Translations under genes and position numbers: made by a program
Assembly: GCA_964016885.1 (NCBI GenBank)
Contig: CAXHJY010001600.1
Coordinates: 1 to 64,000 of the forward strand
DNA length: 64,000 bases
Origin: Eledone cirrhosa
Lineage: Eukaryota
Direction: 5' to 3'
In this document: positions 48,133 through 62,954 of the stretch, in pieces
Layout: every line of letters starts with the position of its first letter
How positions within the stretch are numbered: the stretch's first letter is position 1
Notes under the pieces: generated by a model
What the model was told of the DNA's origin: nothing
The model's input: only the letters and a program-made list of their open reading frames with translations
Database searches by the model: none

Positions 48133-48612
48133 GGTGGTGACGGTAGCGGTGGTGGTCATGGTTGTAGTAGTCGTTGTGGTGATGGTTGACAGTTGATTAG
48201 GCCTTATCAAGTGCATGTTTGCGTTGATGTTCTCTCAATTTCACTCACTACCTCCGTCTCTCACTATTATATGCAAATGGGAGCCCACATGCTGGCCACC
48301 TGGAGGATAGTGAGGGAGACATGCTGGAAGAGCCATTCCAGCTCGCAAGGTTCACATCTGCAGGTAGCCAACTTCAGTTCTGATGGTGGTGAGTAGGGAG
48401 GCGGTCCTAGGGCCAAGGACAACAGAAGTCTCCACTGCTATGGAATCGACTACAAACCTGTCGGAGGGCAATTGATATTTGGAGTGTTTACCCTCCTCGG
48501 TTTGAAGTGTAGCAGAGTCTGGATTAGTCACAGACTGTACCAGGTTGCCACTGCATGTGGCATCCCAGATGAGGGGTTTACCATCGTGGAACAGGAATAT
48601 GGTCATGCCATC
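48133..48612 (-). pseudogene. CRE-like non-LTR retrotransposon restriction-like endonuclease C-terminus plus trinucleotide tail
   Basis: DGKPLIWDATC...EEGKHSKY...IAVETSVVLGP matches the CRE motif GK.L.WD.TC...AE..K..KY...AVET.G..GP. Confidence 0.7.
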
Positions 48613-50449
48613 TATAAATGTGTTCGAACATGTATTAAAAAAAAAAAAAATCTTTTAATAAAAACTGTGTAGTAATAGTGTAACAATTCCAGTGCTTTGA
48701 TCTTTCTACTTTCACGAGGCCTCCTACATTCTCTGCAGAGAATTATAAAATATTTCAGTTTCTGCCACATATCACATATATGCTAACAGAAATATATCTG
48801 GGGAAATACTATAATTAATTATTTAAAAAATGCAGTTGACAGAATACAAGTTAAAAAACTATATGAATCTGATAATCCAGGCTTACTAATCTAATTAGTG
48901 AAGCCATATCTTAAACAGGAAACAATTTCTTTGCATTCTTTTTACTAATAATGGTCTATGAGTAGAACTATTTCTTTGCTTATCTTTTCAGAGAATCACC
49001 AAATCATAATAAAAAAAAATAATGCCAAATGTTGAGAAAGGTTAATAAACAAATGGAAAAATTGTTGCCTGATCATTGATAAGAATTTGAAATTCCTAAA
49101 AAAAAACATTGCTATTAGCAATCATGGGCTATGAAAAAAATTATAAAGGCTACTGAAACTGTGTATAAAATAAGCATGAGATTAAATTTAATGTGTAGGT
49201 ATATAATAGGAACTTTGTATCATTTAAAGCAAGATTCTTGTCAGAGACATATTTTAAAAAGCCACATAAAAGACATTTTGTTACTTCTAACTTAGAAAAT
49301 ATTGGACTGAAAAAGCCTAAAGTATTTTAGATGTACTACAACCTATAGAGAAATTATATATCACATAGACTGAATTATATATCACTTGTGATTAATCCTA
49401 TTTAGATGAAGAAATTGGGTGGAGTTGTAAAATGTTTGCCTTTCTCATTGTAATTTGAATAAAATGAAATAGCAATGAATGGGAAATTAATGTAGGTTAT
49501 ATGTTCACGAAGAGCAAGTGCAGTTGACAACAACAGGTTATAAACCAATAACATTTAAGTATTCTTTCTGCATAGAGAGAATTTACTTTCTTCCCCAACC
49601 CACACACTTTTCTGTCGTTCTTCTTACACATATTAAATTCGAAATAATAGATGAGATTTTCATATAAACAATACATATTGTTATACTTCCGTAAATAATA
49701 CAGCAGTATGACAATTTCCTTTAACATTAATATTACTTTCAAATTTAGCATACAGCCATTTATTAGCTCACTGAGAATGAGTTAGAATTGCAATTCATTT
49801 ACTCAGTAACGAAACTACACAAGGATTAGATACACTTTCTTACTCTCTTAATTGCATTTCTATTTGATGTATAGATGAAAATTGATTACAAGAAATATGA
49901 GTGGGAAGAAATTTGAAGATTGATTCCTCAAGGAAATGTCACATATCTATTCCCATTCTGTGTTATAAAAACTTCTGCTATTACTTTATGATTTAAGTAA
50001 ATTTCAAAGAAATTTGGTCAGCAGGTTTGTATGACTTCCTTCAATTATCTAGAGTCATAAATAATATGTTACTTATGTAGCTCATGAGAAGATCTTGATT
50101 TTCAGAACCTTCAGTTATTTAGATAATGATGACTTCCTCCATCTTTGTGTTGAGGAAAATGAAATCAATAAAGTAGCATTTAATATGGTCAGAAGGATCA
50201 TAGTTGCATGTTTTTATATGTAGAGATAGACACCCAGGAATAGAAGTGTATCTGTGGTTTTACGTCATTGTCTTGGTGCAAATAGGCTTGTAGATCTTAC
50301 TATACTAAGAATGGAAATGTCAATTATTAATGAAACTCAGAAACTAAGCTATAGAGGTGTTGCTTTGTAGGCTCAGGTTAGCTCTCATCAAGCAAAAACA
50401 ACTATGTGCAAAACAATGTTTGGGTGTTCCAGACGTACTGCATCATTGT

Positions 50450-50680
50450 CTAGTTGAAAATCATACTGTATACGAGAACATGTGGTGATGAATCATATGG
50501 AATGCAGTATAGCAGTCTAAATATGTACTTTCATCACTGTTCAGTACATGTTTTAACAAGAGTAAGATCTGGTGCAGGCCACAGCAAATGTATGCAATGT
50601 AGAATTGGTCAGAGCACAAGAATTGCTTCTTCTGTACCACATGAGTCCACATTAGAAAACCACTTTCAAAAGGTATAAAA
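50450..50680 (-). pseudogene. Possible Tc1/mariner transposase C-terminal remnant
   Basis: LLWPA-PDLTLVKHV resembles WPAQSPDLNPIEHV; heavily degraded. Confidence 0.3.
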
Positions 50681-53600
50681 CTATACTAAGACTGCATCAC
50701 AGTAAAATCAACGTTCTTGCTCTAACTTCACAATTTTCCCTCCACTTACTATAAAAATTTACTATAAAATTTCAATCTACAAAAAAAAAATGTATTTTAG
50801 ATGTTTTCTGCTAAAGCGAAAATATTTGAGTAACTCATTAACATAGAATTTTGAAGTTGGTGAAAATCAGTAAAATATTGACCTCAAATATAAGCCAGGA
50901 CCACCGCACCCCATTTTACCATCAATCTTTTTTTTTTGGGGGGGGGGGGGGTCACATATTTCTCAGCTTGTATACGAATATATATATATGGCTAGTCAGT
51001 GGGGTGTGATTTGTGGAAGATTTATCTGCTTCTTCTGGCATGTCATGCCAGATAGAGGCTCCCTCATTGGCTGATGGGACAATTATTGTAAGCTGTGTTT
51101 AAGTTCTTTATCCCTAGGACAAACTTGATTGTGAGAATCTCTTATCAAACGTATTACAGCCATGACCATCCTATATTTTTAGAGGTTTCTTTCTTCAACT
51201 ACAACAAATGTCTCCTTCCTTGATACAGACAGCTTGATTTGAAAGAGATTTAGCTGCAATGTTAATTAGGTCAAGTAATTACAGAGACATTCCCTTAGTA
51301 TAAAATTTATTATTAGGAAAAAATGGAACTTTTGAAGTTTTCAGTAGCTATATTATGAGTAGATGAATTTTTCAGTTTCTGATAAATTTTGTACTGATAA
51401 AGTTTGATTTCAAAAATGCATATGCCATAACATTAATCAATTACTAGTAGTGGTTCAATTAGGATTAATTAGTAAAATCTAGATATGAGCTTAAACTCCT
51501 AAATAAATCAAAGTGATCAAATATTTCAAATATCTAGTACTAACATTATGGCATTTGTTTTTGTGTATAATGAATAAAAAAAACTGTAATCAGATTGCAT
51601 AGCAAACTAGTGATTTCATTTAAAACAAGGTTAATAATAATGGTATATCACACTTACATTCCAATAACACATCTTTACTGAAGATATTCTTCTAATAAAA
51701 ACTATAAATAATGAAGAGCTAAGAGGAATGACACAATGAATATCAGATAATTATGTGAATAACAATTTACCAGTACCCATCATCTAGTTAGATAACCCTC
51801 TTAGTTTATAGAGATAGTATCACAAGAAAAAAGTCTGAGATAAAACTTCAAATCTGACAATCACCCATGATCTGAACGTGATATTAAACCCAGGTTATGA
51901 TAATTTATTCTTTACAGTGAATTTCTAAAAGTAGAGAGGGGGTATGATTATTGTCCAAATAAGACTGTAAGGAATAATCATGACTACTTTTCACCTTCCC
52001 CAGATCTCTACAAATACCTAAGCCTCCCAGGCTGGCAGCTGAATTGTGTGAAGTGGATGTTAATAGCATGTAAGGAAATCTACTGGAACAAGTAGAACAT
52101 TTACTCTTGCTTGGAAAAATACTTGTTATGAAAGAAAAATATCAATAAATGATGGTACAGTATAAATATTTACAATTTTTCCTGGGTCTGCTTCTTTCCA
52201 AATTATTTCAGATTGAAACTGACCAAATTACATACCATCAGTACTCAATTTTATTTTATTGTGGCATCTATCTATATATCTCCATTCATATGAGTTTTAA
52301 CCTGAACATAGACCAAATTATTCAAACCATCTACCTCAAAGCAACCAATAAGTACAGGTTTGCTTCTGAAACATTAAAGAAATAAATACCTGTACTTCGA
52401 ATTTTGATACATAATATATTCCAAATACTATGTGCTCTTCTAGCTATTGTTATGAGTGATATATCCAAACTACAAGAAAGACTCACCTCCCATTGCATGT
52501 AATTTTCAGATTATCTAGATATGTGTCAACAATGCTACATTTGGCAAACTGATTAAGAATTAAAAGCTATAATAAAATTCAAGTACTGCACTTCAACACT
52601 ATATAATGTGTTAGGAATTTGCCTCATTGAAAATAGAGTATAAGTTTTATAGGTTAACTCTATCCGTTTAGACTAATCAAGCTCCACACATCAAATAGAT
52701 TTATTTACATTGATCAAGCCACTCTCTTCAAGCATATTAGTTTTAATTCACCAATCCTGATTCAAGTTAGCATTTATCAACTCATTGACTATTCCTCAAT
52801 ATTTTACCTAACAGCACTAACAATTTACAATCTGCTTATCCGTATCTGTCAAATATTAATTTTTCATCCGACTATCAAATATTACTTATAATGAAGATAT
52901 CTATTATAGAATGTCTTGTAGTAGCATTAATAACCTATAAATACTGAAATATTCTAAAGAGAACTATACACTTATCTAACAATATCTACCTCAAAATCAA
53001 TTGGTGTACTGTGAATTCCAAGTACTTCCTGCTATGAATTCGATAACTGCATAAAATGAACTGATCCGCCAAAAGAGTGATAGATTTCAGATATGGGTTT
53101 CTTCATTTGAAATCTATCACACCAGTTAAAAGTACATATATCATTAAAGATGCATCCATATGATCCATGCATCAAATACCATAAAACATTCTTTTATATC
53201 TAAAATGCTTGAATTGAAAAAGCTAGTAAAATTATGATACACCTTATATATCTGACAGGAATAGTTGAACATGTCACAGTATTTAAGTGGACTCATCCTT
53301 ACTTGAATGTAGCTAAGACAAAAACCCTCTTCAATGCTAAACAACAGAACAGATTTATCATCAACAAAAGTCGTTACTATTTATTATTTTGCCAACTGCC
53401 TTGCCACTATGAGTCCAAAAGATGTACTAAGCTTTAAATTGCATTTCAGGAGTTAAGAGAAAAATTGTAGGTGAGGATAGATAACTCCCTTTTTTTTTCT
53501 TGGTTTCTTAATATAAACTATAACATTCACACATTTGACAGGGAATGAAAAAACGAGGTACATGTTTGAAAAGTTAATCCTGCTGTATAAATTTAGATAG

Positions 53601-55717
53601 ATATGATAATCTATCATTTATAAATAAAAATAATAATTAACTAAATTCTTTGAAATTCATTTTAGCAAATGTTTTTCAAGTTCATTTCATAAACATTTAT
53701 CTTACTATTTGTTGAATAAAAAGACAATTTGGAGCAGTGAGTCTAAAATTTAAAATATACTTAAATTTGATGCCTGCATTATCTATTATTACAAGAGACA
53801 ACTTACTCAAGTGTCAACATAATGTTGTTGAAACAATAATATTTTTTAAATGGTTTCTTTCTTTTCAATGATTATGAATTAAATGTTTAAGCTTTCAAAG
53901 TATCCTTTTATACATTATCTAAACACACAAAACAATACATTTTATGATAGGTATATGTTGAAAATAACAAATCATCTGAATAAGTTTTCTTCGTGACAAA
54001 TTTTCTCAACATATCTGACTATAATCTCATGTGATATCAAAATATAATCACTAACATTTGAGAAAACAAAATGTCTAATGTATTGAGTATGACTTATATA
54101 ATTATAGATAATACCAGAAACTTTGCATCATGGAAAAATGTAGGAAAAAACTCAATGGATATAAGAAATACAAAAACAATTCAACACTTATTCAAATTTG
54201 AAGTATTGATAAATTAAATATCACCAAATTTAATTGAATTAAAACTCAACATAGGTACTTGTTTACACATATAAAAAAATATATAAAGAAAAAAATCATC
54301 TTTTTATATAATTTTATGTATGTCTATGTATTAATTAACATCTCTGCAAGGAAAAGAATATATGGTATGTTAATTAACTTGAGAAATTTTACAAACTGAG
54401 ATTCCAATTACATTCTAAAAGCATTTTCTGAACAGAAGAGACATTAAGAGTACAATAGACAAGTAATAATAATTAAACTCAGTTTGAGTGTTCAGGCATT
54501 ATTTTCATATTGATGTTTTTATGAATTAGAATAGTTAAAAAAAGAATCATCTTTATCCAAAAAGAATATGTCATTTATAATTTACTAATGAAGGTATTTC
54601 ATCAGTATAACTGAAGACTGATAAAATTGATTTATCTTCTTGCATTGAAATAAAAGATGAATTTTCTGTATTTCACAAAATTTGAAGCCAGCAAAACATA
54701 ATAAATTCATTAATGAACATTTCCTGATGGGATCAACGTTCCTTTTGCTTATCAAAACTTTTTTATTAAATAACAAGCCAATCAATCACTTTCATTAGAT
54801 GAGACTACGATTCTGTTCAATTATATTCAATTATATTTTATTAAAAAAATTGACTATTGTAATTCCATTTCCTCTTCTCTAACATGGAAAAATCAGAATA
54901 TTCAAAGTAACAAGGATTGTGTACTTGCTATAACTCATTTACAAGATATATATTTGTCCACATTAATGAATTGGGTATAAAATGGCAAATATATTAAAGC
55001 CTCAGAATAATTAATCACCATCTACTTCTTATTTTAGAAATCCTGTTCAAAATCATTATGCCTTTATTTTTCCAGGTTCAATAAGTGTGAGTAATGTATT
55101 TTATGGAGTCAATTTAATCAAATATTCATTTGTTATATAAGGAATTTGCTACTTATATAAAGATGCAATCAATATTTAGTTTGTGTATTAGTAAAAGCTA
55201 TGAGAAAAAGGATACATAATCTAATCCTAAAATATCTAATATACTGCCAAAACACATGAAGGAGACTCAGTATCATTTTGACATCAAAAACAAAACTATT
55301 TTAAAAAAGAAAACGTTTTTTAAACAAACAAGGATTTCTTTTTTACTATCTAGCACAGCTGACCAATACTCTGCCACTACTTTCATGCTAAATTCTAGAA
55401 CAGCGGATATCCAATATAAATGTTATCCATTCCATCTTCATATTATCATCATGTAAAATTATCTATAAAAATGTGTTCTTTGATTTATACTTTCTTTTAC
55501 TGGCTGCCATCCTAAATTAATATATTTTCACTTCAAATTGTTGGTTGATGTCAGATGGAGGTTCCAAATGTATAATTTAAACAGCTACACTATAGATTGT
55601 TGTCTAGCAATAATCAATCAATTGTGATTTTAAATTTGAAGAATTTGCTTTTTCATATTTAAAAACCAGTCAGTAAATATGACAAGAAAAGGCTGCTGAA
55701 AATCTAATATGTATGCA

Positions 55718-55766
<49 letters not shown>

Positions 55767-56370
55767 CACATACAAATACAAATGCATGATCAGGGACATA
55801 AGAATTGAATCAATAACATGTGTGTTAATTCTGAATGGTATTAACAACAGGGGTATACAATATTGATACAAAATATATAATTTCAAAAATTCAAAATATC
55901 TAAAAATAAAAATGATATGTTTCATTTACTTTGTACAATTATTTTCAATATATTCACTTGATCAATTAAATTTTTATGTTCAAATCATGAGAGTTTCCTG
56001 TTCCTCATGGTAGCTGAATATGTTAGACCAATATGATTGAAGAGAATGCAATAACTGAAAAATTGCTCATAGCCCAATTGCCATTATCACAAATATCTTA
56101 TTTGAAAACTAGAATAAATAAATATTTAAATTTTGTTACACAACAAACATTCTCTTTCAGCAGCTTTGCATCTCATGTAGAATAAACGATTTAAAACTAC
56201 TTTAAATTCTATTTTCATCCAATGTTTTGATGTCTAGGCTTTGAACATATATAAAGAAATGGTGCTTTATATATAGTATGGATACATTAGAAAATCTAAA
56301 CACGATAAAGGACACATTCTACAATTGTTTGCAAATGGGAAGCCTACCAAATATAATTTGTTTTTGTATC

Positions 56371-56401
<31 letters not shown>

Positions 56402-56449
56402 TTCATGTGTATAGTCAGAGAATATTGTTAAAAGAGTTGACATAATAAT

Positions 56450-56920
56450 ATGCTGCAAAATGTAGTTAAAATTTTCTGTACAAAATGTAATGCAGATTTT
56501 ATGTTTGATAACTCACATAAGATCGGAGATATTCAACAACAACCTATTATTAAATTAATCCTTGAACCTGGAACATTTGTTTGTGTCTTGAATGTAACCA
56601 TCATAAAAGCTGATGAGCTGGAATTTCATCTTTCACTTGGTTTTCTTTACATACATATTTGTAAGCAACAAGAAAATCAGAGTAGTCCTTTATCAATATC
56701 ATGGCAGATAATAATATCAATATATTTTGTTACAACCATAAATATTGCTCAACCAGCAGTTCAGGTACTTAGGCATGATACCTATGAACATAAAAGTGTT
56801 CAAGTACCCTCTCATACTATTGTGAAAAATTATATGCTCATGGGTGGCATTGTTAAGAACATTCATTTTGCAAAGCTACAGCAATGCAGATACACCCAGA
56901 AATGGTCAGAAAAGAAATGA
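56450..56920 (+). pseudogene. piggyBac (PGBD-type) transposase remnant
   Basis: MFDN..., ISWQ...IYFVTTI and VQVPSHTIVKNYMLMGGI...QKWSEK resemble FDNFF, WKD.K.V..LST and P..V..YN..MGGVD...KWWKK. Confidence 0.55.
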
Positions 56921-57184
56921 CTGTCAAGATGTGTGTATTTGTGTGTGCAATGTCACTTAATTAAAGGCAAGAATGCACTGATGATTAAACATTAATTACG
57001 TTTATTTATTTAAGCACTTGTGATTCAAACTGTATATCAATACAAAGAATTTTTTACTATTTTACATTATATCAAGTTAACCATGAAAATGTTAAATTAA
57101 CCTGATCCAATTATTGACAGTATAAAAAAAAATAAATATTTTTCTTTTCAACTTAATAGAATGCATACACTAAAGATCAAATAG

Positions 57185-57790
57185 CACAAATACTTGGATG
57201 TGTACCTGAGATTTCTTAAAATGGAATAGTATCTATGAAGTAATGAATCAATAATTTGATGCTCAGATTATCTGAAATTTCCTTTCAATATTTTTGCTTT
57301 ATGATTATACAATTTTTTTCAATAGCCAGCATTTCTTTTGTTGAATTTTCATGTTGACTCATTTCCTTGTTTTCTATAGGATTTAAATTCAGATATTTTG
57401 CTTGCAATGCAACATTCACATTTTCTTGCTTTTCATGAATTTTTTGATAATTTCTTTGGTGTGCTACTGATCATCACCAGGCTGAAAAATCCATGCCTGA
57501 TGCTCTAAAACTGTCAACATACGAAGGCATACTCCGCTCCTAGATTCTGCAGAGAGGCAACAGTTCATAATGTTCTTGAGCTGATGTATGGAAGTGAATC
57601 CTTTCCTAAACATGCAGCCCAAAACCATGAAATTTTCACCATCATGCTCAGCTGCTCAATTCATGTATTCTCTTCCTAAGCATTATCAGCCTTACAGGCC
57701 ATTAAAGTGAAACAAATTAAATATCAACTCATCTGAATACAGGATTTCTAATGTTTTGAAGTGCCTTGTCCTACTGCTGTAAAACATGAT
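57185..57790 (-). pseudogene. Tc1 (DD34E) transposase remnant
   Basis: ILYSDELIFNLFHFNG, EHDGENFMVLGCM, WIFQPGDDQ*HT and LNLNPIEN occur in the expected order. Confidence 0.75.
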
Positions 57791-57799
57791 ACAAGCTAC

Positions 57800-58300
57800 A
57801 TAGTCAGTGTTGATAAAAACGATCAGCTTACTGAGCCCCAATATTGCTGATGTATTCATAGATAACTAAGAATACTGGTTGTAATGACACTTATATAGGC
57901 TGTGTTCTATTCCTACATTATCCACAGTACCAAATCACCCCTACAACAGTCTTGAATGAGAATAACTTTCCACAGCTATATTAAGAAATTGTGCAAGGAC
58001 CTCATTCAGGCAGTCAGTCAACAGCATAAACAATATGTTGAAATGTGAACGCCAAATGCCATTTTGAATGTGTGTGTGCCACATTACAATGCAATATGAA
58101 AATCTTAATGGAAACAAAAGATGTGTTTGCCTTGAGAGAAATTGCATCCAGGAGTATCTGCTCAAGTTCTGTCCAAGATTTGACAAACTGTCTCCAAGTA
58201 TTCTTTCTTAATGCAATGTCTTCCTCGGTATGTCTGATGTATCTTTAAACTCCTGTCTGAACTGAATGTAGGTACATTGACTTTTGAAAGAAATATATGT
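57800..58300 (-). pseudogene. Possible PIF/Harbinger transposase remnant
   Basis: TFKMAFGVHISTYC resembles the F..VA..FGV..STVC helix-turn-helix motif; weak match. Confidence 0.25.
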
Positions 58301-59521
58301 ATTTTGTTTAATATGCAACATGTCCTACAAATCCAAACTGCTTTGGTCGATTTTTTTATCATATTAACACCTCAGTATGTGGTATTTCTGTCTAATATTC
58401 AAAATGTCAACAACAGTCAATTACCTGTTCCACATGGTGAATATATCAGTCCATACTTTCAGAAGATTTTCATGGCTAGCCTTATTGAGTATGGTTAGAT
58501 AACTACCAGTTCAATTGAAGATGTCCACATCATGGTTAGTGAGTATCTAATTTCATAATTTCACCAACTATGACTCAAAAGATTCATTTCAATTTATATA
58601 TTTGGACAATACTTGACTAGGTCTTGTATAATAAATATTTTCATTTACCCATCATAACATTACTTCATATGATAGAATTAAAGTTATTCATATTTAGATA
58701 GAGTGTGATATTAAATATTTAAAATAAAATAATTTATACTAAACTGTTTTCAAACTGATATTCATTTTTGTGGCCTTATTAATACTACCAATAATTGCAT
58801 TATACTTATTAAAATGTTTAATGTTTAAAATTAAATAATTTCAAAGCATAGAAAAATATTCTTTTTATTCAAATATAATTGGAATAATGTTTAAGTATAT
58901 GAAAATAATTAATATTTAATAATGAGCATACTTTTGCCTTTAACCTAGATGAACTAAATGAATAGAAAGTGATATGGCAATGATAAGAAGAAAAGGCCTG
59001 TATGCAGAACTTAAACTCACTCCCATGTATATCAGTCAAGCTGATAAGTTTTGTCCTCTCAAAAGTTAAACTAAATAATTTTTACAAACCATTCATCACT
59101 AGCTTTCTCATGATTACCAATACCTTTAAACTGTCTTTACATGATATATTCCATAAATAAAATTACACAATTTAAAAAAAAAAAAACTATAAAATGACTT
59201 TAAATGCATCAGTTTGATAAAGAAAGCATTATGTAGCCTCTCTACTAACTCGACATAGAAGATAAATTCCTTCATATTACATCTTCCTATCTTAAAATAA
59301 AGATGCATTAGCCAAGATAATCCTAGACATGCCAAAAGATGAGATGCCCATGAATAGAATGCCTTCAGTCCTAGGCCGGATCAATCAGGACTCATTTAGA
59401 GTTAAACAACAATATAAAAGATTTAATCTTTGGGTTGACTGAAATTATTTTCATAACTGTATTCATTATCAGAAAAATTAGCTTTGATTTCCCTGTAAAA
59501 TGCCCCTTCAATATGTTATAA

Positions 59522-59617
59522 TTTTTTTATAATGCTACATCTTTCATGCTACATCTTTTTTTATAATGCTACATCTTTCATGCTACATCTTTCTAATGCT
59601 ACATCTTTCATGCTACT
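59522..59617. repeat. Short tandem repeat of ATGCTACATCTTT(C)
   Basis: About 6 copies visible. Confidence 0.85.
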
Positions 59618-60149
59618 AATCTCTTTGTTTTAGTTTTATCCATTCATTACCTTATTTCTAACATAAGACACTACCTAAGATTATTTCGAAAACAATCAAG
59701 AATTTGAAGGAGTTTTGTTATATAACTAACATTCTCATTATTAAATTGGCATTTAGAGCATAACTTAACAAACGTTCTTACATAAAACTGTGATGGAATA
59801 TTTTAGATAAATATAAACACATTAAAATAAACAGTTTCGCATCACCGAATTAGGGTCATTCCAGGCAGATTGATATCATAATTGGTTAACAAAACTCATT
59901 TGGTTATGTTGTTCTAAATAAACCATAAAAGTCTCTAGCACAAAAAGTGTGGAGGCAGAAGAATTTTAAATAATGGGACAGAAAAAAAAATACAAATTAT
60001 CTTCTACTGAAATATTTTTTACATGAAAGCATCATTATATCATAATCAATTATCATAAATGTAATCCTATTCCAATATCACTTTGCTTTTTTCTCTATAT
60101 AAAAGCCTATGAATGCTTTTTTCTGTCATGCACTCATACATAAAATAAA

Positions 60150-60262
60150 GGCTCATAGCCTCATCGGTAGGGCGTTGGCCTCATGTTCATAAGGTCACAG
60201 GTTCAATTCCTGGACAGAGTGATGAAGTGTATTCTTGGGCCAGATACTTCATTTCACATGGC
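60150..60262 (+). mobile_element. tRNA-derived SINE head
   Basis: A-box-like TAGCCTCATCGG and B-box GGTTCAATTCC, followed by a CTTGGGCCAGATACTT body. Confidence 0.6.
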
Positions 60263-61996
60263 TTTTCCTGATGGGACTGGGAGCCCTAACATTAAATTCC
60301 CTGAGAAATTTCCTATGGGATGTAACCTCATATAAGGCCAGCTAAACATGCATAGGTTTTCTTCTTCTTCACCTTTATTCCTGTTTCCAATTGATCCAGC
60401 TGGATCTCCAAATGGGTCCAGCCAGGCTCATGGATATTATCTAATTATCTTGCTCAGAGTCTATTCCTGAGTCTCCTACCAGTTGGTTTTTGCCCTTAAA
60501 ATCTATCCAGCAATTCTTTCCCCAAGACATTCTAACCACAAATGCATAGTATTGGAGCCATGATCTCTCACATGGAAGAAATAACAGCTCTACCTGGAGT
60601 AACTCTATAATTTCTGAGCAACACACAGAACAGGTGTGAGCTGCACATTTCATTTTTTCATATATAGCTAAACACACACATTTATACATATACATACACA
60701 GTTAGTTAAGATGACAACAGAGAGTAAATGAGCAACAGAATGAAAAAGAAAATGAGACGAGGAAGAAAGGGGGAAAAGAAAGAATTAGAAAAGGAAAGAA
60801 AATGATAAACCAACAGACAGATAGACAGAATCTGAGTTAAACAGTAATTAGAGAAGATGGAGAGAGTTCAACTTACTAACTGATCCTACACCCACACATT
60901 GACAGTTGTGTTTTTCCTCTCTCTTTATGAACTAATTACTCTTTTACAATCAGATTAGCGACTTTTCCTTATAAAGAGAGATGAGATAAAATTGTCTCAG
61001 TCTTATTCTTTTACACACATAATTTTTACATAATTTATTTCATACTGAAATAAACTCCATCATCTTTGACAGGTATTATGTTTGCTATGTTTATAAAACT
61101 GAATACTGTTTTGACCAAACATTTTTTAATTAATCTTACATGAATTTTAAAAGAACAATTGAAAAAATGTGGTTTTTTTCTTCTATTTTTTTTTCATATT
61201 TTACAAATTTTTATATTCATATGTCTGAATAGTTGTAGCTGACACTTTCTAACCCAAAGTTCTCATCAGCATTGACACTTTCTAACTCAAAGTCCTCATC
61301 AGCATACACATACACACACATATATGTAACAAATTCAAATATGTTCACTCACTGACATAAATAATAAACATTAGTTTATCAAATATACATTAAAGAATAA
61401 ATTTTGTTCAGTGTCAGAAAATCTAATTTTTTTTTTCTTTATTGAAATGAAGAATACATATAAGTCATTAAACTATTTTAAATTTGGATTAACAATATAA
61501 TGATATTCGTAGAATAGTTAATAGCAAACTATACATTTATAAAGTGAATGCATCTATATATACTATACAAAATATTTAAATGCTACATTTTCAGTAAAAA
61601 TCATGCCACTATCTACTTAACATACATGCTTTGACAATAATTCATTAGAATTGAAATTATAACTGACAAAAGAGCTACAACAATCATCCACTACATATAT
61701 TGACTAAAGCCATACAGAAGATACAAATACCAAAATAATATCATCACTTACTTCTGCATTTGGCATTAAATGTGAGTCCACACTGACGATGCATATAATA
61801 TCCTTTTCCACAGTCCTTTGTGCATTCTAAAATATTTAAGACAAAAATTATACAAAATGCTTAATCAGGCTGTAGAAAATGAAATGACAAAGAATTTTAT
61901 TATAAAAAAAACAAAGGTTTATCCATTTACACATCCTTTACTCCTTTTTAAGCTATATTGACATCTTTTTAAGAACAATACAAAAATGTTTCAAAG

Positions 61997-62237
61997 GGCT
62001 TAGTGGTTAGAGCAATTGGAAGGTCGTGAGTTTGATTCTCGGACCAGGTGATGAGCAAGACACTTTATTTTTCACATTGCTCCAGTTTACTCAGCTGTAG
62101 AAATGAGTTGCAATGTCACCAGTGCCACGCTGTATCAGCTATTGCCTTTTCCTTGCCTGGACTTGTGCCACAAGGGGGAATTTTGTAGGTGCAAATCCCA
62201 CGGTCATTTGTGACCGAAGGCAGTCTTTACCCTTACA
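61997..62237 (+). mobile_element. tRNA-derived SINE
   Basis: GGCTTAGTGGTTAGAGC...GAGTTTGATTC, GAGCAAGACACTT, CTCAGCTGTAGAAATGAGT, and TTTACCCTTAC tail. Confidence 0.7.
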
Positions 62238-62954
62238 AAAATGTCATTATTAACTATCCTAATACTATGTATATATGGAATTAAATCATCTTATTTAATT
62301 CCAATTAAACAATGCTTCACTTTTAGTTCTCTACAAGAGAGTACATTTGACCAGAACAAAAGAATGTGTATTTAGCAAGAAGTCCTTAAATACAAAAAGC
62401 ATAAATAAAATAACTTTTCATAATGAAAATTAAGTATAAAGTCAATTTTGTTTAATACATGTGTGTATGCTTTGTAATATGTATTGTATAGTAAAAATCA
62501 ACATTGCACTGAGTTTCCTTTTGTTTACATATTATCTAGGTAGCTGTAGGTAAAAATATGCAATATGTGTTAGATAATTTTATTCAATATTTAGAAAATA
62601 TTGTGGAATTTGGTTTTAAAACATTACATATGATCGCATACATTTTAAACAGCAGCATTTTTTATAGCACATGATTATATATGCTTGCCCACGCACATAT
62701 ACAGTTACAAAACTATTTTACACGACTAGACCAATAGAAGTTGTAGCCTTATGTTTTAGTACATAACACTCAAATTTAAATAATTATATGACAAAAAGGG
62801 AATGCATTTTTCTATTAAGTATTTTTCGATGTCTTCTTGCATTTCCAATAACCTTAATAATATATCACAAGGATAATTATTTAATGAAGTAGGAGTTGCT
62901 TTGCTAGGGCTGTTATTTGTGTGGCAATGTTGCAAAAAACTGAATTACACAACA

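Noticed and set aside
49765-49820. Hairpin followed by CGAAAC (possible HHR relic)
   Set aside because: No CTGANGA core in register and no stem I.
53077-53120. 13-bp inverted repeat GTGATAGATTTCA/TGAAATCTATCAC
   Set aside because: Isolated and short, with no supporting context.
60150-60225. tRNA gene
   Set aside because: Only the A/B boxes are retained, with no cloverleaf, and it is followed by a SINE body.
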